Positions 38,457-45,360 of a stretch of DNA of 45,360 nucleotides are shown piece after piece. The position numbers were made by a program, and so were the translations under genes. Below the pieces are notes generated by a model that worked only from the letters and a program-made list of their open reading frames with translations, was not told where the DNA came from and searched no databases. Numbering within the stretch: position 1 is the stretch's first letter; each line of letters begins with the position of its first letter. The stretch is taken from positions 1-45,360 of the forward strand of contig WRHS01000001.1 in NCBI GenBank assembly GCA_009783135.1, in the 5' to 3' direction. The DNA is from Dehalococcoidia bacterium. Lineage in GTDB: Bacteria; Chloroflexota; Dehalococcoidia; Dehalococcoidales; UBA1222.

Positions 38457-39499
38457 AACACGATAATTTGACTGCACGGTGCGGCTTCCACAACACGCCC
38501 AATTTCGGCGGCTTGGCTCACACCCAGGTCATGTAATCGTTGTAGCAGTGCCGAGCATTTTTCAGGTGCCACGCATATGAGCAGCCCACCTGAGGTTTGC
38601 GGGTCATAAAGCACACTCATAGTGTCCTCATCTATGGCGGGGGCCTGCACCATGGTATTGCGGAATTCCCAATTGGCATACATACCTTCCGGAATTAGCC
38701 CCATATGGGCAAATTGCATGGACTCTGGTATGATGGGCACTTTCTTGCTGTCAATCTCTATGGAAGTGCCGCTGCTTTCGGCCATTTCGCAGGAGTGTCC
38801 CAAGAGAGCGAAACCGGTAACATCGGTGCAGGCGTGCACGCCGATTTCCAACATGGCCTGACAGGCTTTATCATTGAGGCGTGACATTTGTGCCACCAAT
38901 CTCTCGGTTACAGGTGATGGCAGCATGTCAGCTTTGAGGGCTGTCGTCAGGATGCCGGTTCCGATGGGTTTGGTGATGACGAGCCTGTCTCCTATTTTAG
39001 CGCCACCTTTGGTTATTATATGCTCCGGATGTATGGTGCCGGTGACGGACAATCCGAATTTTACTTCATCGTTGCGTACGCTGTGCCCGCCCATCAGTAT
39101 CACTCCAGCCTCATTCAATTTGGCTTGGGCGCCCTGTAGAATTCTGCTTAAAACCGATATGTCCATACTTTCTGATGGGAACCCGACAATATTCATAGCG
39201 GTGATAGGTTTGCCGCCCATGGCGTATATATCCGAGATACCATTAGCGGCGGCAATCATGCCGAAGCTGTACGGTTCATCTACGATGGCCGCAATCATAT
39301 CTACCGTTTCCACAATAGCCAAGTCGTCGCGCAGCTTATACACTCCGGCGTCATCCTTTACCCCAGCCAGAACATACTCATTCTGTGGAATTTTGAGACA
39401 TCCCAATGCCTGTTCTAAGTCACCCGGACTTAGTTTGGCCCCTCAACCCGAATAACGGGAGAGAGCGGTTAGCCTGATATCGCTACCATTCTCGACCAA
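38453..39499 (-). CDS. selD: Selenophosphate synthetase SelD, Sec-containing (in-frame UGA at 39445..39443)
   Basis: The ORF track starts at 39406. In the same frame upstream, AAGGAG is followed 6 nt later by TTG at 39499. That frame reads VENGSDIRLTALSRYSG-TGA-GAKLSPGDLEQALGCLKIP. The motif G-U-G-x-K aligns with the E. coli SelD loop GAG-C17-G-C-K20. The total of 348 codons compares with about 347 aa in E. coli. Confidence 0.88.
39408..39439 (-). promoter_or_regulatory. SECIS-like hairpin immediately 3' of the selD UGA
   Basis: Nine nt after the UGA the minus strand reads CUAAGU-CCGGGUG-ACUUAG (39433..39415). This gives a 6-bp stem with a G-rich apical loop starting 15 nt after the UGA. A possible GCC/GGC lower stem extends it. 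Confidence 0.6.
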
Positions 39500-39730
39500 T
39501 GATTTCTCCTTTTGTACCCTGTAGAGGGAAAACCGCAATAATTATCACAGGACGCATGAAATATGATTTGATAACCTATTTTGTTTCCAGCCCTAATGAG
39601 TTCCAATCATTATAGAATATTTCGTTGAAGCAGTACATTCACACTTATCTCATGCCGGATGCCACTGATAAATCTCAACCACAAATCTGCTGTTGGCGGG
39701 GACCAGCGTAGGGTTTGGATTAGTGTAATT

Positions 39731-39825
39731 TGGCGGAGGGGGAAGGGAATCGAACCCCCCGCGGCGGGTTAGCCGTCGCCAACGGATTTGAAGTCCGCAA
39801 GACCCACCAGAGTCTATCCTCCTCC
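39731..39825 (-). tRNA. selC: tRNA-Sec (anticodon UCA)
   Basis: Reverse complement is GGAGGAGGATAGACTCTGGTGGGTCTTGCGGACTTCAAATCCGTTGGCGACGGCTAACCCGCCGCGGGGGGTTCGATTCCCTTCCCCCTCCGCCA (95 nt). It has an 8-bp acceptor stem with one A-C mismatch, a 6-bp D stem with the 4-nt loop TGGT, anticodon loop CTTCAAA, a variable arm of about 20 nt, a 5-bp T stem and an encoded CCA. Confidence 0.9.
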
Positions 39826-39945
39826 AGCGGGATTATAACATTTATGCAAGCAGAACATAAGCGGACTGCGATACAAAACGAGTATGAACAAGGCGGCAAG
39901 ACGCCATGCATGCAAAGTTTCGCAACCGGGCTTTCGGTACGTATA

Positions 39946-39973
39946 AAGCCTCGGGATATAGATCCCGAGGCTT
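39946..39973 (-). terminator. 12-bp hairpin downstream of secG
   Basis: AAGCCTCGGGAT-ATAG-ATCCCGAGGCTT, 31 nt after the secG stop. The U-tract is weak on the minus strand (UUUAUAC). Confidence 0.5.
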
Positions 39974-40003
39974 GTGTAACAAAGCAGTGCAACAGTGATT
40001 TGT

Positions 40004-40228
40004 TTAGTCTACGGCTACCTTGAGCATAACCAGTGATATGACCAAGAATAACACAATCAGCACGATGGTAATCTGGAACAGTGTTTTCTCTACACCGCGA
40101 CGCGTTCGGTAAACGGTGTCGGATTGTCCCAATATGCCGCCCAGCCCTCCGCCCTTAACCTGCAACAGCAGTGCGGCGGTAAGTGCGACCGAAAGTATCA
40201 TCTGCGCGATGATGAAAAAAGTTCTCAT
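40004..40228 (-). CDS. secG: Preprotein translocase subunit SecG
   Basis: 74 aa with two TM helices flanking the glycine-rich loop KGGGLGGILGQ. Its ATG directly abuts the gatB stop (TAAATG). Confidence 0.85.
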   Translation of the reverse strand: MRTFFIIAQMILSVALTAALLLQVKGGGLGGILGQSDTVYRTRRGVEKTLFQITIVLIVLFLVISLVMLKVAVD

Positions 40229-41713
40229 TTATTTTTCTCCCAGCTGGCGTGTAATTATTTCTGTTGCCATATTCGGGTTGGCTCTGCCTTTGGAGAGCCG
40301 CATCAACTGTCCTACCATAAATTTTAATGCTTGGGCTTTGCCGGTCTTGTAGTCGGCGACGGCCTGCGGATTTTCCTGTATCACCTGACGCGCTATAGAC
40401 TCAAGCGCCGATGTGTCAGAAATCTGAGCCAGCCCTTTCTCATCAATAATTGTCTGAGGTGCCTTGCCTGTGGCAAACATCTCATCCAGCACGCTTTTTG
40501 CGGTGCCGCTGTTGATAATAGCCTGTTCCACCAAGCTTATCAACTGCACGAAACTAGCTGGAGAAACATGCTTTGCAAACTCTATAATATCACATCCGGA
40601 AGTGTTTAGAATGCTTGTTGCCGCCCCCGTAAGCCAGTTGGCTAAATCCTTCGGCGACAGCTGAGGTGCCGCTTTTATCATCTCCTCATAGTAATCAGCG
40701 ATGTCGCGGCTTTCTGTCAGCAGGTTGGCATCGTAAGCCTGCAGGTTATACTGAGTCATCAAACGCTGCATGCGTGCCTCAGGTAATTCAGGCAACTTTG
40801 AGCGTATCTCATCCACCCATTCTTTTGATGGCATGAGCGGCGGAAGATCCGGATCAGGGAAATAGCGATAGTCGTGGGCAAATTCCTTGCTGCGCTGGGA
40901 AAGGGTTTTCCCTTCTGCTTCTACCCAACCGCGTGTCTCCTGCGTCAGTTTCTCGCCCTTGGCTAATGCTTCGCGTTGTCGCACGGCTTCGTATTCCAAG
41001 GCGCGGAAAACAGCGCGGAAGCTGTTCATATTCTTGACTTCCACCTTTGCAAACAACTCATTGCTACCGCGGGGGCGGATGCTGATATTTGCATCACAGC
41101 GGAATGAGCCATCCTCCATGTTTGCTGTGGAAACTCCCAGATAACGCAGAATGGAGTGTAGCTTTTGCAGGTAGGCGCGTGCCTCCTCTGCCGAACGCAT
41201 ATCCGGCTCGCTGACTATCTCCATCAGCGGCATACTGGAGCGGTTGATATCTACAAGGCTGTAAGTTGTGCCGTCATCGTTGCGGTGCATCATCTTGGCA
41301 ACATCCTCTTCCTGATGTACGCGGTTGATGCCGATGCGCTTGATCTCGCCGTTGACCTCAATGCTCAGCCAGCCGTTCGAGCCGACCGGATTGTCGTATT
41401 GTGAAATCTGGTAACCCTTCATCAAATCAGGGTAGTGATAGTTTTTGCGGTCGAATTTGGTATAGTCGGAAATGCTGCAGTTGAGCGCCAAAGCCGTCAT
41501 AATTGAGTATTCTATGGCGCGTTTATTGATATTGGGCAACGCACCAGGCAGACCCAAGCAAACAGGACATGCATGGGTGTTGGGTGGTGCATTTGTATAC
41601 TCTGTTGCGCAGCCGCAGTACATCTTGCTTTGTGTACACTGTTGCGCATGTACTTCCAAGCCGATAACGGTTTCGTAGTCCATAGTGTTTGTGCCCTTAT
41701 TCTCCATAAACAA
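40229..41713 (-). CDS. gatB: Asp-tRNA(Asn)/Glu-tRNA(Gln) amidotransferase subunit B
   Basis: Contains YETVIGLEVHAQ, YCGC, CPVCLGLPGALP and a C-terminal YqeY-like tail. The true start is probably the internal MDYE Met (41683). Confidence 0.95.
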   Translation of the reverse strand: MFMENKGTNTMDYETVIGLEVHAQQCTQSKMYCGCATEYTNAPPNTHACPVCLGLPGALPNINKRAIEYSIMTALALNCSISDYTKFDRKNYHYPDLMKGYQISQYDNPVGSNGWLSIEVNGEIKRIGINRVHQEEDVAKMMHRNDDGTTYSLVDINRSSMPLMEIVSEPDMRSAEEARAYLQKLHSILRYLGVSTANMEDGSFRCDANISIRPRGSNELFAKVEVKNMNSFRAVFRALEYEAVRQREALAKGEKLTQETRGWVEAEGKTLSQRSKEFAHDYRYFPDPDLPPLMPSKEWVDEIRSKLPELPEARMQRLMTQYNLQAYDANLLTESRDIADYYEEMIKAAPQLSPKDLANWLTGAATSILNTSGCDIIEFAKHVSPASFVQLISLVEQAIINSGTAKSVLDEMFATGKAPQTIIDEKGLAQISDTSALESIARQVIQENPQAVADYKTGKAQALKFMVGQLMRLSKGRANPNMATEIITRQLGEK

Positions 41714-41815
41714 GCTACCAGTATATCAGTAACTATTTGGGCTGGCAAGAGGCGCAGCTAGAGTGGGGCTAAAAAAATTTGCGTATCGCGCGTAAATGGC
41801 AAAGCGGCATGATTG

Positions 41816-41824
41816 TGTTATAAT
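41816..41824 (+). promoter_or_regulatory. Extended -10 element (TGtTATAAT) upstream of tRNA-Ala
   Basis: TGTTATAAT ends 15 nt before the tRNA 5' end. There is no good -35 element. Confidence 0.4.
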
Positions 41825-41839
41825 CTATCCCGTTGTCGT

Positions 41840-41912
41840 GGGGCTGTAGCTCAGTTGGGAGAGCATTGCGTTCGCATCGCAGGGGTCAGGGGTTCGAATC
41901 CCCTCAGCTCCA
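41840..41912 (+). tRNA. tRNA-Ala (anticodon CGC)
   Basis: Sequence is GGGGCTGTAGCTCAGTTGGGAGAGCATTGCGTTCGCATCGCAGGGGTCAGGGGTTCGAATCCCCTCAGCTCCA. It has the G3:U70 identity pair and anticodon loop TTCGCAT. CCA is not encoded. Confidence 0.95.
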
Positions 41913-41942
41913 AATTTTCCACAGACATCCACTCGGTCTCTG

Positions 41943-42563
41943 TTATTTTGTAAATTTAAGCGTGCAGAGCATAGTTGTAAACGGCGCAGTAGTAAACAGG
42001 TTCGGGTTGTTGCTTGTAAATGTAAACGTATACTGGTTGCCTTTCCATATCGTTATCGCCTGTGCCATGTAATATTGCACGTCATAATTTTTATAGGCAC
42101 AGTTGTACATGATGAAGTACTGGCTGCCAAATGTCCCACCTTCCATATGCTTGGAAATCGTGAAGTCGGAGAATATGCCGGAGTACTGTTCCACAACATC
42201 CGATTCATATTGTTCTTGCGTAGGTTTTGATTTGAGTGATTGCTGAGTAGCATCTGAAACAGAGGAAATATATAAGCTGATGGTGTTGGCAGAGAACTGC
42301 CCCGAATCTGGTATAAACCAGATAGCCTGTACGGAAGACGGCACTTGGTCGTGCATGTTTTCGGGTAGATTACTGAGGGCTACGGTTTTTTCATCGCCTG
42401 TCATGCTGTCTTCAATGAAAACATAACCTTCAGGGTATTGAATTTTATATCCAAGTTGCGTATTCTCAAACGAAACGAAATCTTTTGGCGTTGACGTACA
42501 TGCGAGGCACGTACCTATTATGGGCAACAGTGCTAACAAGGTAAACGCAAGACATTTTTTCAT
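41943..42563 (-). CDS. Hypothetical lipoprotein
   Basis: Starts MKKCLAFTLLALLPIIGTCLAC, a signal peptide with lipobox-like Cys residues, and is preceded by GGAG. The mature part is beta-rich (YKIQYPEGYVFIED...). There is no firm family assignment. Confidence 0.6.
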   Translation of the reverse strand: MKKCLAFTLLALLPIIGTCLACTSTPKDFVSFENTQLGYKIQYPEGYVFIEDSMTGDEKTVALSNLPENMHDQVPSSVQAIWFIPDSGQFSANTISLYISSVSDATQQSLKSKPTQEQYESDVVEQYSGIFSDFTISKHMEGGTFGSQYFIMYNCAYKNYDVQYYMAQAITIWKGNQYTFTFTSNNPNLFTTAPFTTMLCTLKFTK

Positions 42564-42782
42564 GGCAGTAATTCTCCTAACAGATGGACATGACACCAGT
42601 ATAATAGCACTAAATTGTAAAAGGTGAGTAGTTTCAGGGCAGGTTAGAGGAATGCATGGTTCGCTTAGATGGAAGTTTTCATCGAAATTGTGCCTGTGGC
42701 TTGCGCCATACGTGCAATCGGGTTATATTAGAGCGCTGGTTTTTTGCTGCAGGTATATGCAGTAAGTTGTGGCGATAAGAGC

Positions 42783-43706
42783 ATGGAAGATAACCAACAG
42801 AAAAAAATGAATTTGTTTGCTCGTTGTGCGGAGATTTTCCGGACGATTGGCGTTAGGGTTGAACAGGCGCGGGCCAGTTTAATCAAGATACCGTTTTTCA
42901 ACTTTTTGGACAGAACTATTAATGGCATGGGCAATGATGGTGCCTTGGAGATAGCCGGAGCCATTGCCTACTATGCCGTGCTATCGTTTTTCTCGTTGTT
43001 ATTGGGAGTGATTTCCGTGCTCGGTTTTTTATTGCCTTCAACGGTGAACATTCCGGAAAACATCATTCAGTTTGTAGAAGAGAACCTCTTATTCGGAGAG
43101 GTTGTTTTGAGCAACAATATTGACGCAATTATCAATGCGCGTAGTGCGTTGGGCGTCATTAGTATTGTCACATTGTTTTTCCCTGCAGGTGCTATGTTTA
43201 GCGCTATTAGCCGCGGCGTCAACCGTGCATGGGGATTGAACGTACGGCATCACTTAATAGTGCGCAAACTGCGCGAGGTTGCTATGTCAGTCAGCACCTG
43301 TATCTTTTTCTTTATCGTTGTAATCAGTAGTTCTGTGTTGGTTTCGTTTAATTTCGGTGGTTTTGGTTTACGTATACTGGTTTTTTCGCTGATGTTTTTA
43401 ATTTTCTTGATAATTTACAAAACCATGCCCGGCACTAAAACATACTGGCGTAATGTTTGGCCCGGTGCCATATTTGCTGCTGGTGCTTTTGAGATTGCGC
43501 GCGTTGTGATAGTGTTTTATTTTGACAATTTCCCACGTATTGAGTTTGCGCTTGGTACCATTGCTTCAATTTATGTTATGCTCATATTCATCTACTTTGC
43601 GTCACTAATTCTTATCATAGGGGCGGAAATTAGTTCTGAGTATAGTCGTATGCGTCAGGGATTACCGCCGCGCCGCAGCATGCCACCGGATATATATCAG
43701 CACTGA
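42783..43706 (+). CDS. YihY/BrkB-family (formerly 'ribonuclease BN-like') membrane protein
   Basis: Contains GNDGALEIAGAIAYYAVLSFFSLLL and a C-terminal LILIIGAEISSEY. It has about six TM helices. I placed the start at the ATG at 42783, because the ORF-track start at 42744 is a TTG. Confidence 0.85.
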   Translation: MEDNQQKKMNLFARCAEIFRTIGVRVEQARASLIKIPFFNFLDRTINGMGNDGALEIAGAIAYYAVLSFFSLLLGVISVLGFLLPSTVNIPENIIQFVEENLLFGEVVLSNNIDAIINARSALGVISIVTLFFPAGAMFSAISRGVNRAWGLNVRHHLIVRKLREVAMSVSTCIFFFIVVISSSVLVSFNFGGFGLRILVFSLMFLIFLIIYKTMPGTKTYWRNVWPGAIFAAGAFEIARVVIVFYFDNFPRIEFALGTIASIYVMLIFIYFASLILIIGAEISSEYSRMRQGLPPRRSMPPDIYQH

Positions 43707-43750
43707 TGCTTTTGAAAAAATAGGCGATTTATCCGTAAAATAGAGGTCTA

Positions 43751-43826
43751 GCCCCTGTAGCTCAGTGGATAGAGCAGTGGTTTCCTAAACCATGTGTCGT
43801 GAGTTCGACTCTCACCAGGGGTACCA
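43751..43826 (+). tRNA. tRNA-Arg (anticodon CCU)
   Basis: Sequence is GCCCCTGTAGCTCAGTGGATAGAGCAGTGGTTTCCTAAACCATGTGTCGTGAGTTCGACTCTCACCAGGGGTACCA. Anticodon loop is TTCCTAA and CCA is encoded. The first acceptor pair is G1-U72. Confidence 0.93.
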
Positions 43827-44220
43827 GTTGTCCCTTAGGCGAAACTTTTCCATGTTTGTTTAATGGTATTCTTATTCCGTACTCGCTTGCATTGCAGTAG
43901 ATATCAGCGTAGGCATCTTCGCCGTCATAAAGACAAACTTTGTTGACTAAGCTTTCAATCAAAGAGGTGCGGAAGGAAGCATCGTTTGCGTTGCCATTTT
44001 TGAATTTATCAAAGAAAAATTTAACTCTGTCGTAAGTGAGAATGGGGTGAATAAGCTTCTCTTTTGCAAGTTGAGTTTCCAAGGTTTTCTTTTCTGATTG
44101 ACGCTTTTCAATTTGCGCTGACAATAATTCTACCGACTTGCCTGTTTCTATTGCCCTAATGAGATTTGTCGTAGCTTCCTCATTAGCCTTAAGTAATCGC
44201 GTGAGATGGCTAATTGTACA
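43827..44220 (-). pseudogene. C-terminal remnant of a large serine recombinase (integrase) abutting the tRNA-Arg 3' end
   Basis: The minus frame reads ...EEATTNLIRAIETGKSVELLSAQIEKRQSEKKTLETQLAKEKLIHPILTYDRVKFFFDKFKNGNANDASFRTSLIESLVNKVCLYDGEDAYADIYCN.... This resembles the coiled-coil and C-terminal tail of large serine recombinases. No catalytic or zinc-ribbon domains lie upstream, and there is no stop codon before the frame runs into the tRNA. Confidence 0.5.
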
Positions 44221-44221
44221 T

Positions 44222-44377
44222 CTGACCAAACAGGCTGAGTTAATCAAGGATACTCTAAAAGGTATCAATCCGCTCAATGCCGGTAAGAAGAGGGAGGAAG
44301 TCATAACGCTGTTAAACAGGTTCTTTCCCGATATGGAGGACTTTGAAACGCAGGTTAGGAATGGTATCGCAGCTTGA
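44222..44377 (+). pseudogene. Possible orphan 3' gene fragment on the opposite strand
   Basis: The plus frame reads ...LTKQAELIKDTLKGINPLNAGKKREEVITLLNRFFPDMEDFETQVRNGIAA*. It looks protein-like but has no start or upstream body, because the sequence before about 44220 is antisense to the recombinase remnant. Confidence 0.2.
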
Positions 44378-44417
44378 CGCGGATGGCGCAGCAGACTTTA
44401 CAACCTTTATAACGGGA

Positions 44418-45278
44418 TTAGGCAAGTAGTATGATATTTGTTTCAAGCTGCGTTCTAGGGACGTATTGCGTTGTGAGGGATTTTGGGTCAATTTTTACGG
44501 CAACTTCGCCTAGAGTTAGTTTACCATTTGCTTTTCCGATAAATGGCTTGTCTTTAACAGATATTCCCTTGAATATCTCTAATTGCTTGCCGTTTGCATC
44601 AAGAATTGGTTTATTGTCCACATCGACAAGTTTAACCTTTGCAACCTTTACGTTTAACGTCTTTGTATTGACGTACCCAACAACGGGTAGTAGTATCGCA
44701 ACGTCCATTACGCCTGCAAATATCTTTTCGGGCAAACTCATGTTATTCCAATGTTTAGCTTGGTCGGCAATGAAAATTGCGCCTGCGGTAGCATGTACGC
44801 CAGCTTGCAATCCCTTACTGGCAATAATACTGCCAGCAGTCCCGCCTATCGCACCCCCGACTTTAGGTAGCACCGGAACAAGATACAAAGCCGCGCTAGC
44901 GCCTGTATTAGCCCATTCAAGCCCGCCAATATCACTGGGGTTGATAGAAGGAGAAAACGCTCTAGCCGCTGGGAACCCTGCTAATGGCAATACCATACCA
45001 GCAACAGACAGTTGTTTATTCATATTCCCATATTTTGCGTTATAATCATCTTCAGCTTGTTTTGTCGCATACATCGATATGAGCATATCTCTATCTAGCT
45101 GTCTGGTTACTTTTAGTTCTTTTGATAGTTCAGCATTAGACATATTATTAAATGCGCCAGTTGTTATATATGCCTGTGCCGCAAAATTTGTATATTCATA
45201 AAAGTCTGGCACAGGATATTTCTTAGCTGCGTCAACAGTCGCTTTAAGTAACCGCAGATTAAAGCAGTCAAAAGCCAC
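44418..45278 (-). CDS. Hypothetical protein with a glycine/alanine-rich hydrophobic core (glycine-zipper-like)
   Basis: 286-aa ORF with a GTG start; an in-frame stop lies 6 codons upstream. The central segment reads LSVAGMVLPLAGFP...ALYLVPVLPKVGGAIGGTAGSIIASKGLQAGVHATAGAIFIA...IFAGVMDVAILLPVVGYV. The locus is AT-rich and I recognise no family. Confidence 0.5.
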   Translation of the reverse strand: MAFDCFNLRLLKATVDAAKKYPVPDFYEYTNFAAQAYITTGAFNNMSNAELSKELKVTRQLDRDMLISMYATKQAEDDYNAKYGNMNKQLSVAGMVLPLAGFPAARAFSPSINPSDIGGLEWANTGASAALYLVPVLPKVGGAIGGTAGSIIASKGLQAGVHATAGAIFIADQAKHWNNMSLPEKIFAGVMDVAILLPVVGYVNTKTLNVKVAKVKLVDVDNKPILDANGKQLEIFKGISVKDKPFIGKANGKLTLGEVAVKIDPKSLTTQYVPRTQLETNIILLA

Positions 45279-45360
45279 ACCGCAGTTGCTGAGTTATCCA
45301 AAAACTCATTCCAACCACATTTGAGAGCCATTATACCCCGGAATGCCTTGCTTTTCTTAT

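Noticed and set aside
39720-40023. Tracked ORFs 39720-39992 (-) and 39730-40023 (+).
   Set aside because: They overlie tRNA-Sec, the secG terminator hairpin and intergenic DNA. The sequence is better explained by the tRNA cloverleaf and the hairpin.
41833-42072. Tracked 79-aa plus-strand ORF.
   Set aside because: Its 5' part is the tRNA-Ala gene and the rest is antisense to the lipoprotein gene.
43762-43826. The 3' end of tracked ORF 43762-44304, translating ...LVPLVRVELTTHGLGNHCSIH.
   Set aside because: This part is simply the reverse complement of tRNA-Arg. Only the middle of the ORF (about 43850-44200) looks recombinase-like, so it is reported as a pseudogene remnant rather than an intact CDS.

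Overview
The window is mostly core chromosomal DNA at roughly 50% or higher G+C, from a bacterium with canonical sigma70-type promoters. The gene content, plus a giant BNR/Asp-box surface protein with a C-terminal membrane anchor, suggests a Chloroflexota/Dehalococcoidia-like organism; this is inference only. In order, the window holds: a partial MerR regulator; a tRNA cluster (Cys-Gly-Leu-Trp); an M16 peptidase; groES-groEL with a CIRCE operator; tsaD; a CNNM/CorC transporter; a DUF2344 protein; tilS; purF-purM-purH; a dnaJ-hspR-clpB heat-shock operon; pyrG-fsa-rho; a 1115-aa S-layer-like protein; an MBL hydrolase; rsmA-ispE; a CCA-adding enzyme; a nucleotide kinase / dCMP deaminase / lipid kinase group; efp-epmA-dut; a complete selenocysteine module selC-selD-selA-selB; gatB-secG; tRNA-Ala; a lipoprotein; a YihY-family protein; and tRNA-Arg. 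An AT-rich accessory stretch then runs off the window. The best hidden signal is that selD is itself a selenoprotein gene. It has an in-frame UGA at 39443-39445 followed by a SECIS-like hairpin, and its true N-terminus, like tRNA-Sec, is missing from the ORF track. I found no CRISPR array, no intact mobile element and no clearly novel multi-gene system. The only accessory DNA is the two AT-rich window edges next to tRNA genes, the MerR fragment at the left end and the recombinase remnant plus unknown genes after tRNA-Arg at the right; the right-hand one is cut off by the window end. All calls rest on reading the sequence and recalled family motifs; no database search was run.
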